Origin: an uncultured Gammaproteobacteria bacterium
GTDB taxonomy: Bacteria; Pseudomonadota; Gammaproteobacteria; CAWUKA01
Direction of reading: 5' to 3'
NCBI GenBank assembly: GCA_963922965.1
Contig: CAWUKA010000002.1
Span: forward strand, 1-54,925
DNA length: 54,925 bases
Shown here: positions 46,253 to 54,925 of the stretch, one piece after another
How the letters are laid out: every line of letters starts with the position of its first letter
Numbering within the stretch: position 1 is the stretch's first letter
Translations under genes and position numbers: made by a program
Notes under the pieces: generated by a model
What the model was told of the DNA's origin: nothing
The model's input: the letters and a program-made list of their open reading frames with translations, nothing else
Databases searched by the model: none

Positions 46253-47614
46253 TTGAACGCCGGGCAGCATGTCAAAAATATTATCAAAAAAATCTTTGCT
46301 TTTAGACGCTCATCAAGGCACCAATCAATCGCATCAGCGACCATCATTCCTCGTGCACAGCATGCAATTAGCCGTCAACTGATCAGTAAAAACGCGCTAA
46401 AAGTGTTATATCATCTGCATAAGAATAATTATTCGGCTTATCTCGTCGGTGGCTGCCTACGTGATTTGTTATTGGGGCAACAACCTAAAGATTTTGATGT
46501 TGCAACTGATGCTAAGCCAGAGCAAATTAAATCCATTTTCCGCAACTGCCGACTGATTGGTAGACGTTTTAGACTTGCCCATATTCACTTTCGTGGCGAA
46601 ACCATTGAGGTTGCAACCTTTAGAGCAACTCATCAAAGCACTGCTAGTCAACGTTCTTACAACCAAGAAGGCATGATCATGCGTGACAATGTCTACGGCA
46701 GCATTACTGAAGATGCGCTCAGACGCGACTTCACTATAAATGCGCTTTATTACAATATCGCCGATTTTTCAATCGTTGATTTTGCAGATGGTTTAGAAGA
46801 TTTAGCTAGCAAAACGATTCGTCTAATTGGCCACCCTGAAACACGTTATCAAGAAGATCCTATACGGATCCTGCGCGCAATACGTTTTGCTGGTAAACTT
46901 GGCTTTGCCATCGATAGCAACACTGCAAAACCAATTTCAAGCTTAAAACACAATTTAGAAAAAGTATCACCATCACGAATTTTCTTAGAAATTGAAAAAT
47001 TATTTTTAACAGGCTCAGCCACTAGTACGCTTAAGCTACTGATGGAATATGAATTGCTTAGTATTTTATTTCCTCCACTCACCAGTTTATTGCAAGATGA
47101 GCAAAAAAACATAGTGCTTAAATTGATATACTTACAGATGCAGCAAACTGATGTACGCATATCAGCAGGCAAACCAATTACTGCATCATTTTTATTTTCA
47201 GCTATTCTTTGGTATCCATTACAAAGCTATCAAGTCAGTTTTGAAAGTGATGGCTTGTTTCCCTATCAAGCTTTAGAGAAAGCCATCAGTCAAGTTATTC
47301 GCGAGCAGTGTATTCGAATTGCCTTGCCAAAAGTTTGCCACAACATTATGCGTGAAATATGGATACTTCAATATCGACTCCAGCGTCGGCAACGCCGACA
47401 AGTACTACGCTTATTGCAACACCAACGCTATCATGCAGCTTATGATTTCTTATGCCTGCGCTGTGAAGTCGAACCTGAATTACTTGATATTGCCAATTGG
47501 TGGCAGCAATTACAAAACACGCCCTCAAAAGAACGTAAGAACTTCATCGCTGATAAAAATAATAAGTCACAGCCCAAAAATAGGCCGACAAGAAATAAGG
47601 CATCAGCATCGTAA
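46253..47614 (+). CDS. pcnB: Poly(A) polymerase I
   Basis: It has the nucleotidyltransferase core YLVGGCLRDLLLG..PKDFDVAT and RRDFTINALYY, plus a basic C-terminal tail. The TTG start in the track is uncertain. Confidence 0.93.
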   Translation: MNAGQHVKNIIKKIFAFRRSSRHQSIASATIIPRAQHAISRQLISKNALKVLYHLHKNNYSAYLVGGCLRDLLLGQQPKDFDVATDAKPEQIKSIFRNCRLIGRRFRLAHIHFRGETIEVATFRATHQSTASQRSYNQEGMIMRDNVYGSITEDALRRDFTINALYYNIADFSIVDFADGLEDLASKTIRLIGHPETRYQEDPIRILRAIRFAGKLGFAIDSNTAKPISSLKHNLEKVSPSRIFLEIEKLFLTGSATSTLKLLMEYELLSILFPPLTSLLQDEQKNIVLKLIYLQMQQTDVRISAGKPITASFLFSAILWYPLQSYQVSFESDGLFPYQALEKAISQVIREQCIRIALPKVCHNIMREIWILQYRLQRRQRRQVLRLLQHQRYHAAYDFLCLRCEVEPELLDIANWWQQLQNTPSKERKNFIADKNNKSQPKNRPTRNKASAS

Positions 47615-47733
47615 CCAGTGCCCCTATTACCGAGCACTAGCGTTATCGGTATTTATCAGCACATACTCAAAGCTTGCACCCTAACAATACAAACCCTTAT
47701 AATCGCTTGTAACTTGTTAAGCGTAAAATCGTT

Positions 47734-49398
47734 ATGCTATCCACACACCTCACACAAGAGCATGAATGGCTTTTTTTGAAGCAGTATCAGCGCACTATTG
47801 CAAACAAAACCTTATCTACTTGGTTCAAGGAAAATAATCGTCGCTTCGAGCACTTCTCAGCGCATACAGACGAGTTGTTTTTGGACTATTCAAAAAATCG
47901 GTTTGATGAAACAGTGAAGGCTGGCCTGACCCAGCTTGCTCGTACTCGTGGGCTGAGCTACAAGATCGAAGCCTTGTTTACCGGTCAAGCAATTAATTTT
48001 ACTGAACGACAACCAGCCCTACACACAGCATTACGTGATCCAAGCCATGAAGCATTCTATGTTAATGGGAATAATATCAAGCTTGAGATTGAAAATAGCT
48101 TGCAGCAAATGGCGAAGCTGGTTGAACGTATTCAACAGGGAAAATGGCTAGGCTTTACTGGTAAACCCATTACAACGATCGTCAATATCGGCATAGGTGG
48201 TTCACACCTCGGTCCAGCGATGGTGCTCAATGCTTTGCGTAATAATATGCAAAGCACCATGAATTGCTACTTTCTCGCGAATATTGATGCTGATGCAAGT
48301 GATGATTTATTTAAGAAATTAAACCCCGAGCAAACACTTTTTATAATCTCTTCAAAATCATTCACTACCCAAGAAACACTCATCAATGCAGATGCTGCTC
48401 GGCATTGGCTCGTTAACGCCGGTGTTACACCGCAACAGCTAGCAAACCACTTTGTCGCAGTAACGAGTCAAACCGATAAAGCACGGCGATGGGGTATTGC
48501 ACCTGATCAGATACTTAAAATCTGGTCATGGGTCGGCGGCCGCTACTCAGTCTGGTCTGCAATCAGTTTACCTGTGGCTATCATCATCGGCATGCCGGCC
48601 TATCGTGATTTTTTAGCAGGTGCGCACGCTATTGATCAGCACTATTTAACTACAACTTTTGAAAACAACTTGCCAGTGATTCTTGCCATACTTCAAATTT
48701 GGTATACTAATTTTTTTGCTAGCCAGACCTACGCTATTCTACCCTATTCCGAACGCTTAACACTGCTACCACGTTACATCCAGCAATTAGCAATGGAAAG
48801 CAATGGTAAAAGTGTCGATGCAAATGGTGCGCGCCTTAACTACGCTAGTGCACCAATCATGTGGGGCGAGTCAGGCTGCAATGGTCAACATGCTTTTCAC
48901 CAGTTACTCTATCAAGGTACACAGCTAATACCGGCCGACTTCATTATTCCATTAAGCTGTCACTCAGAGCATTTCGACTCACAACACCAACTGATGGTCC
49001 TGAACGCAATCAGCCAAACTCAAGCACTTATGCAAGGCAAGCCACTATCGACCGTGACTGCTGAATTACAACAACAGGGCTTAACAGAAACTGAAATTGC
49101 AGCAATAGCACCACACAAGGTAATCGCAGGCAACCAACCAACCAATAGCATCCTACTTGATAAAATTACACCGCGTAGCTTAGGCGCATTGCTCGCACTC
49201 TACGAACACAAAACCTATTCCGAAGCTGCGATCCTAAATATCAATCCCTTCGATCAATGGGGCGTTGAACTCGGCAAGCAACTTGCTAGTCAGCTATTAC
49301 AGCAAATTAATCAAGAAAACCTTGACTCTTCAACCCAAGGTTTACTGACAAAGTATTTTGTGACGACCAATCGAGAGATAAGCAATGAGCCAGCCTGA
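47734..49398 (+). CDS. pgi: Glucose-6-phosphate isomerase
   Basis: The 554-aa ORF has PGI signatures (IGIGGSHLGP, GGRYSVWSAI, MESNGK, FDQWGVELGK). Confidence 0.97.
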   Translation: MLSTHLTQEHEWLFLKQYQRTIANKTLSTWFKENNRRFEHFSAHTDELFLDYSKNRFDETVKAGLTQLARTRGLSYKIEALFTGQAINFTERQPALHTALRDPSHEAFYVNGNNIKLEIENSLQQMAKLVERIQQGKWLGFTGKPITTIVNIGIGGSHLGPAMVLNALRNNMQSTMNCYFLANIDADASDDLFKKLNPEQTLFIISSKSFTTQETLINADAARHWLVNAGVTPQQLANHFVAVTSQTDKARRWGIAPDQILKIWSWVGGRYSVWSAISLPVAIIIGMPAYRDFLAGAHAIDQHYLTTTFENNLPVILAILQIWYTNFFASQTYAILPYSERLTLLPRYIQQLAMESNGKSVDANGARLNYASAPIMWGESGCNGQHAFHQLLYQGTQLIPADFIIPLSCHSEHFDSQHQLMVLNAISQTQALMQGKPLSTVTAELQQQGLTETEIAAIAPHKVIAGNQPTNSILLDKITPRSLGALLALYEHKTYSEAAILNINPFDQWGVELGKQLASQLLQQINQENLDSSTQGLLTKYFVTTNREISNEPA

Positions 49399-49433
49399 GC
49401 ACTGACTAGAAGTACAGCACAGCTGATTAGAAA

Positions 49434-50120
49434 CTATTGAATCAGAAAAGTCAGGCCGACCTTAAAGACGTTATTTGCATAGCGAGCACGGCTAACATTC
49501 GTTGTATATTCATCGCGATCGACAGTAATAAAACCATCTCGCTGTCGTAACACGGTGTAATGCTGATATTGCATTCTCGCGATTACTGTTGGCAAATAAC
49601 GATAACCAAAGCCAATCGTTGCTTGCATAGCCGGTGCAGTCCGCGCATTCAGCACCATGCGCGCATCGCTCTCTGTTGCAATCACAGATTGAACCCGAAT
49701 GACTCCGGCACCGACACCAACATTGGGTTGAAAACGACCTTCGACTCTCACATCGTACAAAACATTTGCCATAAACGCCGTACCCCAGGAATAGCCATTG
49801 GGGAAATTATAAATACCGGTATTATCCCACACTGACTTCACTAAATTCTTCATGTAATTAACGCTGGCATCAAGATGCCAACGTTGATATTTATAACCCA
49901 ACGCAGCTTCCGCTGAAGTACCAAGTTTTGAGCGATAGGTTAAGTAGTTGGATGAATCAAGCACATCTTCAAATTCAAGATCAGGTGTCACACCAACACC
50001 AAACATAATGTTGGCGTAAGCGCCATCATCACCATGTGGTATATAACGCATATAACCAGCAATGGCTTGCTGAGTGACCAAGAATACCGCTATGGGAAAC
50101 AGATAGTACAACTTCTTCAT
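49434..50120 (-). CDS. Small outer-membrane beta-barrel protein (OMP_b-brl/opacity-porin-like)
   Basis: It has a signal peptide (..VTQQAIA), an alternating hydrophobic beta-strand pattern and aromatic girdles. It is a paralogue-like neighbour of 50200..50919. Confidence 0.75.
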   Translation of the reverse strand: MKKLYYLFPIAVFLVTQQAIAGYMRYIPHGDDGAYANIMFGVGVTPDLEFEDVLDSSNYLTYRSKLGTSAEAALGYKYQRWHLDASVNYMKNLVKSVWDNTGIYNFPNGYSWGTAFMANVLYDVRVEGRFQPNVGVGAGVIRVQSVIATESDARMVLNARTAPAMQATIGFGYRYLPTVIARMQYQHYTVLRQRDGFITVDRDEYTTNVSRARYANNVFKVGLTFLIQ

Positions 50121-50148
50121 AGTAATATCTTATGCCAATTCACCAGTC

Positions 50149-50178
50149 AAAAAAAAGCCAAGCCCAATGGGCCTGGCT
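50149..50178 (-). terminator. Rho-independent terminator downstream of the OMP gene 50200..50919
   Basis: On the minus strand it reads GCCAGGCCC-ATT-GGGCTTGGC followed by T8. The single non-Watson-Crick position is G-U on the minus strand and A-C on the plus strand, which favours minus-strand function. Confidence 0.75.
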
Positions 50179-50199
50179 TTCAACATCGACATTACTTCA

Positions 50200-50919
50200 T
50201 TAGAAGTTAAATGTATAACTGACACCAGCATTAACACTGTTGTTATGATATGTTAATTTACCATCTAAATAGGTAGCAGCTTGTGCAAATTGAATTAGCT
50301 TACGCTCTGTTCCCATGAAGTGGTAATCAATATGGACGGCAATCGCAGGAGTAAAATCGTACGCCAATCCAGCATGTACTGTATAAGCCGACAAAGATTG
50401 CTGGCCGTCTATGGCATTAACGGTTGTTGAATCGGACTGTGCAGTTGAACTGATTTTAGCACGACCAGCACCAATACCTACGAATGGACGTAAACCGTAA
50501 CCTAGGTCACCGTCTGCATACAAATTTAAGAACCAGTTTTTAGCTTTGAGCTCACCTTGGACACCAGTATCAGTTTCAGCACCAGGGCTTGTATTGTTAG
50601 TGCGCATCAACTCAGCATCGTTGTTTAAACGACCGTAAGTGAAGTCGATTCGAGTGAAACCGTATTTATAACCTAATGCACCATTCCAAGAACTGGATGA
50701 TGTTGTGCCCAGAGTCAAATGTGATGATTGTGTCTCAGTTGATAAAGCTGCAACTGGGGCAATACCGTTAATGTTCAAATTTAAATCTTTAGAACCACCT
50801 GCTTCAGCCAACACATAAAAGCCATCGCCATCATGTGAACCTGCCCAATCAGCTAATGCTGCGCCGGAAGCAACAGTAGCAGTTAGCGCAACAGCGCTCA
50901 ATAAAAGTTTTCTTACCAT
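50200..50919 (-). CDS. Small outer-membrane beta-barrel protein (start trimmed to the ATG at 50919, preceded by GAGGAG)
   Basis: It has a signal peptide (MVRKLLLSAVALTATVASGAALA), a beta-strand pattern and a C-terminal ..GVSYTFNF ending in F, which is a typical OMP signature. Confidence 0.78.
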   Translation of the reverse strand: MVRKLLLSAVALTATVASGAALADWAGSHDGDGFYVLAEAGGSKDLNLNINGIAPVAALSTETQSSHLTLGTTSSSSWNGALGYKYGFTRIDFTYGRLNNDAELMRTNNTSPGAETDTGVQGELKAKNWFLNLYADGDLGYGLRPFVGIGAGRAKISSTAQSDSTTVNAIDGQQSLSAYTVHAGLAYDFTPAIAVHIDYHFMGTERKLIQFAQAATYLDGKLTYHNNSVNAGVSYTFNF

Positions 50920-51440
50920 GGTTAAATAACTCCTCTCTATCTTCATAAAAATTACATACCGCTTTTCAGTACGGCTTGCAACGTTTGTTTCCAACAAATG
51001 CAACTAACACATGTTAACCGAATTCAAAAACACCCTCAAGCCTTTTCGAACAGCGCCGCCGCAAGCAAAAATATTTGTTGCGGTTAACGCTTAAACTAAC
51101 ACAGAAAAAAATAATGAAATTATTTTTGCTGAGGTTAGCTTTTCGATTACACAGACTGCTACTTTTTTGTGTAACATAAAACAACAGTCACTTAAACGTT
51201 AATTTAGCACAGTGAATTAATAACGCAAATAAAAATTCTATTTTTCAATCTGCTTCCAATCAATGAGCACAAAAAATTTCTAACGCGTACAGTAAAAAAA
51301 CAATATGGGTCGATTAAAAAAATTTAATATTGGTCAATACCGTTGCACAAAGCCGTGCTGGCTAATAGCAGTTGGTAAAGGATAAAAAATGATGTGGCAA
51401 GGAACCGGCGGCTGATTATTTTTTGCGAGCTGATTTGAAA

Positions 51441-52322
51441 CTAGCCAGCGTGGTCTGCTGCTGACAAATGCTTCTTCAATTGCAACATAGCATTTTTTTC
51501 TAATTGGCGGATGCGTTCAGCGGAAACACGATATTTTGCTGCTAAATCATGCAAGGTGACTTTCTTTTTGTCTTCATCAACCAACCAACGCTGCGCCAAG
51601 ATATCGCGGCTGCGTCCATCAAGCTCAAGCAATGCTTGCTGTAAATCATCTGAGCCTTGCTGTACTGTATCTGCTGCCTCGATTAACTGCGCTGGATCAA
51701 GTGCGTTACTTTTAAGATAATCAGCTGGTGCAAAGCCAGTTGCGTTATCGCCATCCAGCATTGGACCATCGAAGGATGCATCTTGGGCGTTGAGTCGAGC
51801 TTCCATTTGTTGCACAACTTCTGGTGTGACGCCCAAATCTTCAGCAACAGCATTGACTTCTTCTGCAGTAAACCAGCCTAAGCGCTTTTTCATTTTGCGC
51901 AAATTAAAGAACATTTTACGCTGTGCTTTTGTGGTTGCAACTTTAACAATACGCCAGTTACGCAAAATATATTCATGGATTTCAGCCTTCACCCAGTGCA
52001 CCGCAAATGAAACCAGTCGCACCCCAACATCAGGATCAAATCGACGTACCGCTTTCATTAAGCCAATGGTACCTTCTTGGATTAAGTCGGCGAGTGGCAA
52101 CCCGTAGCCCATATAAGAGCGGGCAACGCGGACGACAAAACGCAAGTGTGACATAATTAAGCAACGCGCAGCATCCAAATCATTTTCAGTTTGCAAGCGG
52201 CGAGCAAGCGCTTGCTCTTCCTCAAGCGTGAGCATGGGTACCTGATTAACGGTTTGGATGTAAGTCTCAAGACTTCCTGCAGGCAAAGGATTGAATGCCG
52301 CAGTCGACAAGTAAGCTGCCAT
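51441..52322 (-). CDS. rpoH: RNA polymerase sigma-32 heat-shock factor
   Basis: The RpoH box [12 protein letters not shown] is present, with sigma70 regions 2-4. It lies downstream of ftsYEX, as in E. coli. Confidence 0.97.
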   Translation of the reverse strand: MAAYLSTAAFNPLPAGSLETYIQTVNQVPMLTLEEEQALARRLQTENDLDAARCLIMSHLRFVVRVARSYMGYGLPLADLIQEGTIGLMKAVRRFDPDVGVRLVSFAVHWVKAEIHEYILRNWRIVKVATTKAQRKMFFNLRKMKKRLGWFTAEEVNAVAEDLGVTPEVVQQMEARLNAQDASFDGPMLDGDNATGFAPADYLKSNALDPAQLIEAADTVQQGSDDLQQALLELDGRSRDILAQRWLVDEDKKKVTLHDLAAKYRVSAERIRQLEKNAMLQLKKHLSAADHAG

Positions 52323-52565
52323 ATTGATACCTCCGATACTATGTTCAGACTCGTATTTGCTGCCAATTTTAGCAAATCATTATCAATTTTACTAATTTAT
52401 GGCAATAAATTAAGCGATTGGAAACAATTAGTCGCTTCAAAATAATAGATTTTTCAGCCAGATCATGGTGCTAGGTGGCAAGAGCCAAAGACACCAGGGA
52501 GTAAGATATGTAGGGCCAAGGCTGAAATATTCAAGGTCAGATATTAATCTAGAATACCAACAAAA

Positions 52566-53561
52566 TCAAGCCGAACCAGGCTCGATGGACTCTAGTTGAC
52601 GAGTCACTGCAAGCTTTGCACCGATGACACCCAGCACGATGCCGATAGTCAGTGCAACCGCAATATCAGCAAACTGTAAGCCAGCAAAGTGTAAGTCACT
52701 ATTGTATAATTTCGACAACTGCAGCAAGGGCGCATGCAAGCAATAAAACCCAAACACCACGATCACGGTCGCTAACAGTGCACCACACAAACCATACAAA
52801 AACCCAACATATAAGTAAGGTCGTTGAATAAAGCTGTCGGTACCACCAATAAGCTTGAGTACTGAAATTTCATCACGGCTGTGTTCAACCGTCATACGAA
52901 TCGAGTAGCCAACAATCAGATAAACCGCAGCAGCAAACAAACCGGTCAGCAACAGCACCAAGCGCTTAGCAAGCCCAGCCATAGTATGAATGCGCTGAAT
53001 CCATTGCAAATCCAGTTGCACGGTATCGACTTCGAGTAGCATCTTAAACTGTAGCGCCATGTCTTGTAACACCATGCTCGATTGCTTGGTCATATACGGA
53101 TAAATTTCAATCACTACTGGCAATGGGTTTTTTTGCAAAACACTCACCACACCGGCAAATCCAGTGCGCGATTCAAAATCTTTTAATCCCTCAGCAGGAG
53201 AAATAAGCCTAACCCCGGCAACGTCTGGGCGCTGCCGCAGGTGGGCAGCAAGTGTTTCTGCAGTAGTCATATCGACGTGCTCGCGCAAAAAAATAGTCAG
53301 CTGAGTACCGTGACCGAGACGTTGACTCAAGTGTTGCATATTTTTCAAAACTACGAATAAACTCATTGGCAATGCGAAAGCAATTGCAATCACAGCGAGC
53401 GTCATCAAGCTGATCATTGGCGCACGACACAATCGACCAAGCCCCGTCACCATGGCATACAAATGTTGCATGCATAACATTTGCCACGGGGTCAGTAACA
53501 ATGGTCGCTCTGCGCCTTCAGTCGAAATCGATTTTTTCCCTTGTCGTCTACGTCCCATCAC
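52566..53561 (-). CDS. ftsX: Cell-division ABC transporter permease-like protein FtsX
   Basis: It has four TM segments and a periplasmic domain between TM1 and TM2. It overlaps the ftsE 3' end. Confidence 0.92.
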   Translation of the reverse strand: MMGRRRQGKKSISTEGAERPLLLTPWQMLCMQHLYAMVTGLGRLCRAPMISLMTLAVIAIAFALPMSLFVVLKNMQHLSQRLGHGTQLTIFLREHVDMTTAETLAAHLRQRPDVAGVRLISPAEGLKDFESRTGFAGVVSVLQKNPLPVVIEIYPYMTKQSSMVLQDMALQFKMLLEVDTVQLDLQWIQRIHTMAGLAKRLVLLLTGLFAAAVYLIVGYSIRMTVEHSRDEISVLKLIGGTDSFIQRPYLYVGFLYGLCGALLATVIVVFGFYCLHAPLLQLSKLYNSDLHFAGLQFADIAVALTIGIVLGVIGAKLAVTRQLESIEPGSA

Positions 53562-54210
53562 TGATCAATACCCCTGCTTTTAAGGTAAGAATACGATGCT
53601 TTAATCGAGCAAGTAGTGCTAAATCATGGCTCGCAAGCAGCACACTCACACCGACTTGATTAAACGCTTTAAACAAATTCATAATCTCTGCTGACAACGC
53701 TGGATCAAGATTACCAGTGGGCTCATCCGCCAATAACAACGCCGGCTTATTGACAACCGCGCGCGCGATACCGACCCGCTGTTGCTCGCCACCAGACAAT
53801 TGACGGGGGAAGCATTTTTCTTTTGCCAACAAACCAACTTTGTCGAGCGCTGCACGCACGCGACGGCCGATCTCCTGATGTCTAAAACCGGCAATAATAA
53901 GCGGCAAAGCAACATTGTCAAACACCATACGCTCATTGAGTAACTCAGGGTTTTGAAAGATCATGCCGATGTCGCGTCGCAAAGTTGGAATGTGTTGTTT
54001 GACGGTTGAAATCACATTGCGCCCATTAACATAAACTTCGCCGGTGCTACTGCGCTCAATGCACATAATCAACTTCAACAAGGTACTCTTACCAGCACCT
54101 GAATGACCGGTTAAAAAAGCCATTTCACCCTTATTAAGTTCGAAGCTGACTTGTTTTAAAGCCTCATGACCACCGCGGTAGCGCTTGCTAACGTTGACAA
54201 ATCGTATCAT
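53548..54210 (-). CDS. ftsE: Cell-division ABC ATPase FtsE
   Basis: It has Walker A (GHSGAGKST), the ABC signature (LSGGEQQR) and Walker B (LLLADEPTG), at 220 aa. Confidence 0.96.
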   Translation of the reverse strand: MIRFVNVSKRYRGGHEALKQVSFELNKGEMAFLTGHSGAGKSTLLKLIMCIERSSTGEVYVNGRNVISTVKQHIPTLRRDIGMIFQNPELLNERMVFDNVALPLIIAGFRHQEIGRRVRAALDKVGLLAKEKCFPRQLSGGEQQRVGIARAVVNKPALLLADEPTGNLDPALSAEIMNLFKAFNQVGVSVLLASHDLALLARLKHRILTLKAGVLISDGT

Positions 54211-54925
54211 GTATCCTCATCAAATAGTGCAGCTACAAAATCATTGGCTGCAAAAGGTCGCAAATCATCAATTGCTTCACCGACGCCAATAAAATGTAGT
54301 GGCAGCTGTAATTGCTCAGCAAGCGCAAACACGACACCGCCTTTTGCAGTACCGTCTAACTTCGTCAAGACTAAGCCAGTGACACCAATAGCGTTATTAA
54401 ACTGTTGCGCCTGGTTGATCGCATTTTGGCCGACACCAGCATCGAGCACCAATAAAACCTCATGTGGTGCTTCGGCATCGAGCTTCGCTAGTACGCGTTT
54501 GACTTTGACCAACTCTTGCATAAGGTGATCTTGGGTATGTAGTCGTCCTGCAGTGTCAGCGATCAAGACATCAATGTTGCGTGCCTGTGCTGATGCAAAT
54601 GCATCGTAAATCACAGAAGCGCTATCAGCACCTTGTTGTTGCGCAACCACCGTCACCTCATTGCGCTCACCCCAGACACTGAGCTGCTCAATCGCCGCGG
54701 CACGAAAGGTATCACCAGCCGCAAGCATTACCGCATGACCTTGCCCTTGTAGATACTTGGCAAGCTTACCGATTGTGGTGGTTTTACCAGCGCCATTCAC
54801 CCCAACCATCAAGACCACATAAGGCCGCTTGGTTGCTGCGATCTGTAACGGCTGCTGGCATGGTGTGAGCCGCTCCAGTAATAATTCACGTAATGCCTGA
54901 TAAAGCGCTGCGCCATCTTTACACT
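54207..54925 (-). CDS. ftsY: Signal-recognition-particle receptor FtsY, 5' end (N-terminus) outside the window
   Basis: The frame stays open to the right window edge. The SRP GTPase NG-domain motifs are present (GVNGAGKTTTIGKLA, DTAGRL, TKLDGTAKGG). Confidence 0.95.
   Translation of the reverse strand, partial: CKDGAALYQALRELLLERLTPCQQPLQIAATKRPYVVLMVGVNGAGKTTTIGKLAKYLQGQGHAVMLAAGDTFRAAAIEQLSVWGERNEVTVVAQQQGADSASVIYDAFASAQARNIDVLIADTAGRLHTQDHLMQELVKVKRVLAKLDAEAPHEVLLVLDAGVGQNAINQAQQFNNAIGVTGLVLTKLDGTAKGGVVFALAEQLQLPLHFIGVGEAIDDLRPFAANDFVAALFDEDT

Noticed and set aside
1-54925. A search by eye for CRISPR arrays, IS elements, transposases, integrases, prophage genes, toxin-antitoxin pairs, rRNA and tRNA.
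   Set aside because: Nothing resembling these was seen in any translated ORF or spacer. The only repeats found are the 21-bp dotA tandem repeat and short palindromes.

Overview
This 54.9-kb window looks like chromosome from a Legionellales-type gammaproteobacterium. The evidence is two separate Dot/Icm type IVB secretion loci: dotA-icmV divergent from icmW-orf-icmX at 1-5286, and icmT-icmS at 25736-26341. A heptose-containing LPS core (hldE, rfaD, waaC, waaF) makes me lean towards a Coxiellaceae-like organism, but I cannot confirm that without a search. Between and after the icm loci the genes are mostly housekeeping and in familiar synteny blocks. These are an LPS inner-core/lipid A cluster (5.5-17.1 kb), ilvE next to a decayed glnE, nfeD-SPFH, fumC, and a small AT-rich patch holding a dead DUF4143-type ATPase gene. 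They continue with add, a YheT-like hydrolase, hemE, an ExeA-like/SPOR protein, aroK, pilQPONM divergent from ponA, a REC-GGDEF-EAL protein, ubiA, rubredoxin plus its reductase, rocD-rocF, pcnB, pgi, two tandem small beta-barrel OMP genes, rpoH and ftsXEY. I saw no rRNA, tRNA, CRISPR array, transposase or integrase. I found no clearly new multi-gene system. The observations most worth following up are listed here.
- The icmT-icmS-add arrangement, which has no room for a promoter and lacks icmR/icmQ.
- A cytoplasmic hybrid histidine kinase that sits as the last gene of the waa operon.
- A perfect in-frame 21-bp tandem repeat that gives DotA a Gly-rich tail.
- 11-bp-phased direct repeats in the icmV/icmW divergent promoter region.
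- In-situ decay of glnE.
All homology calls come from my reading of the translated ORFs and recalled family motifs. No database search was run.
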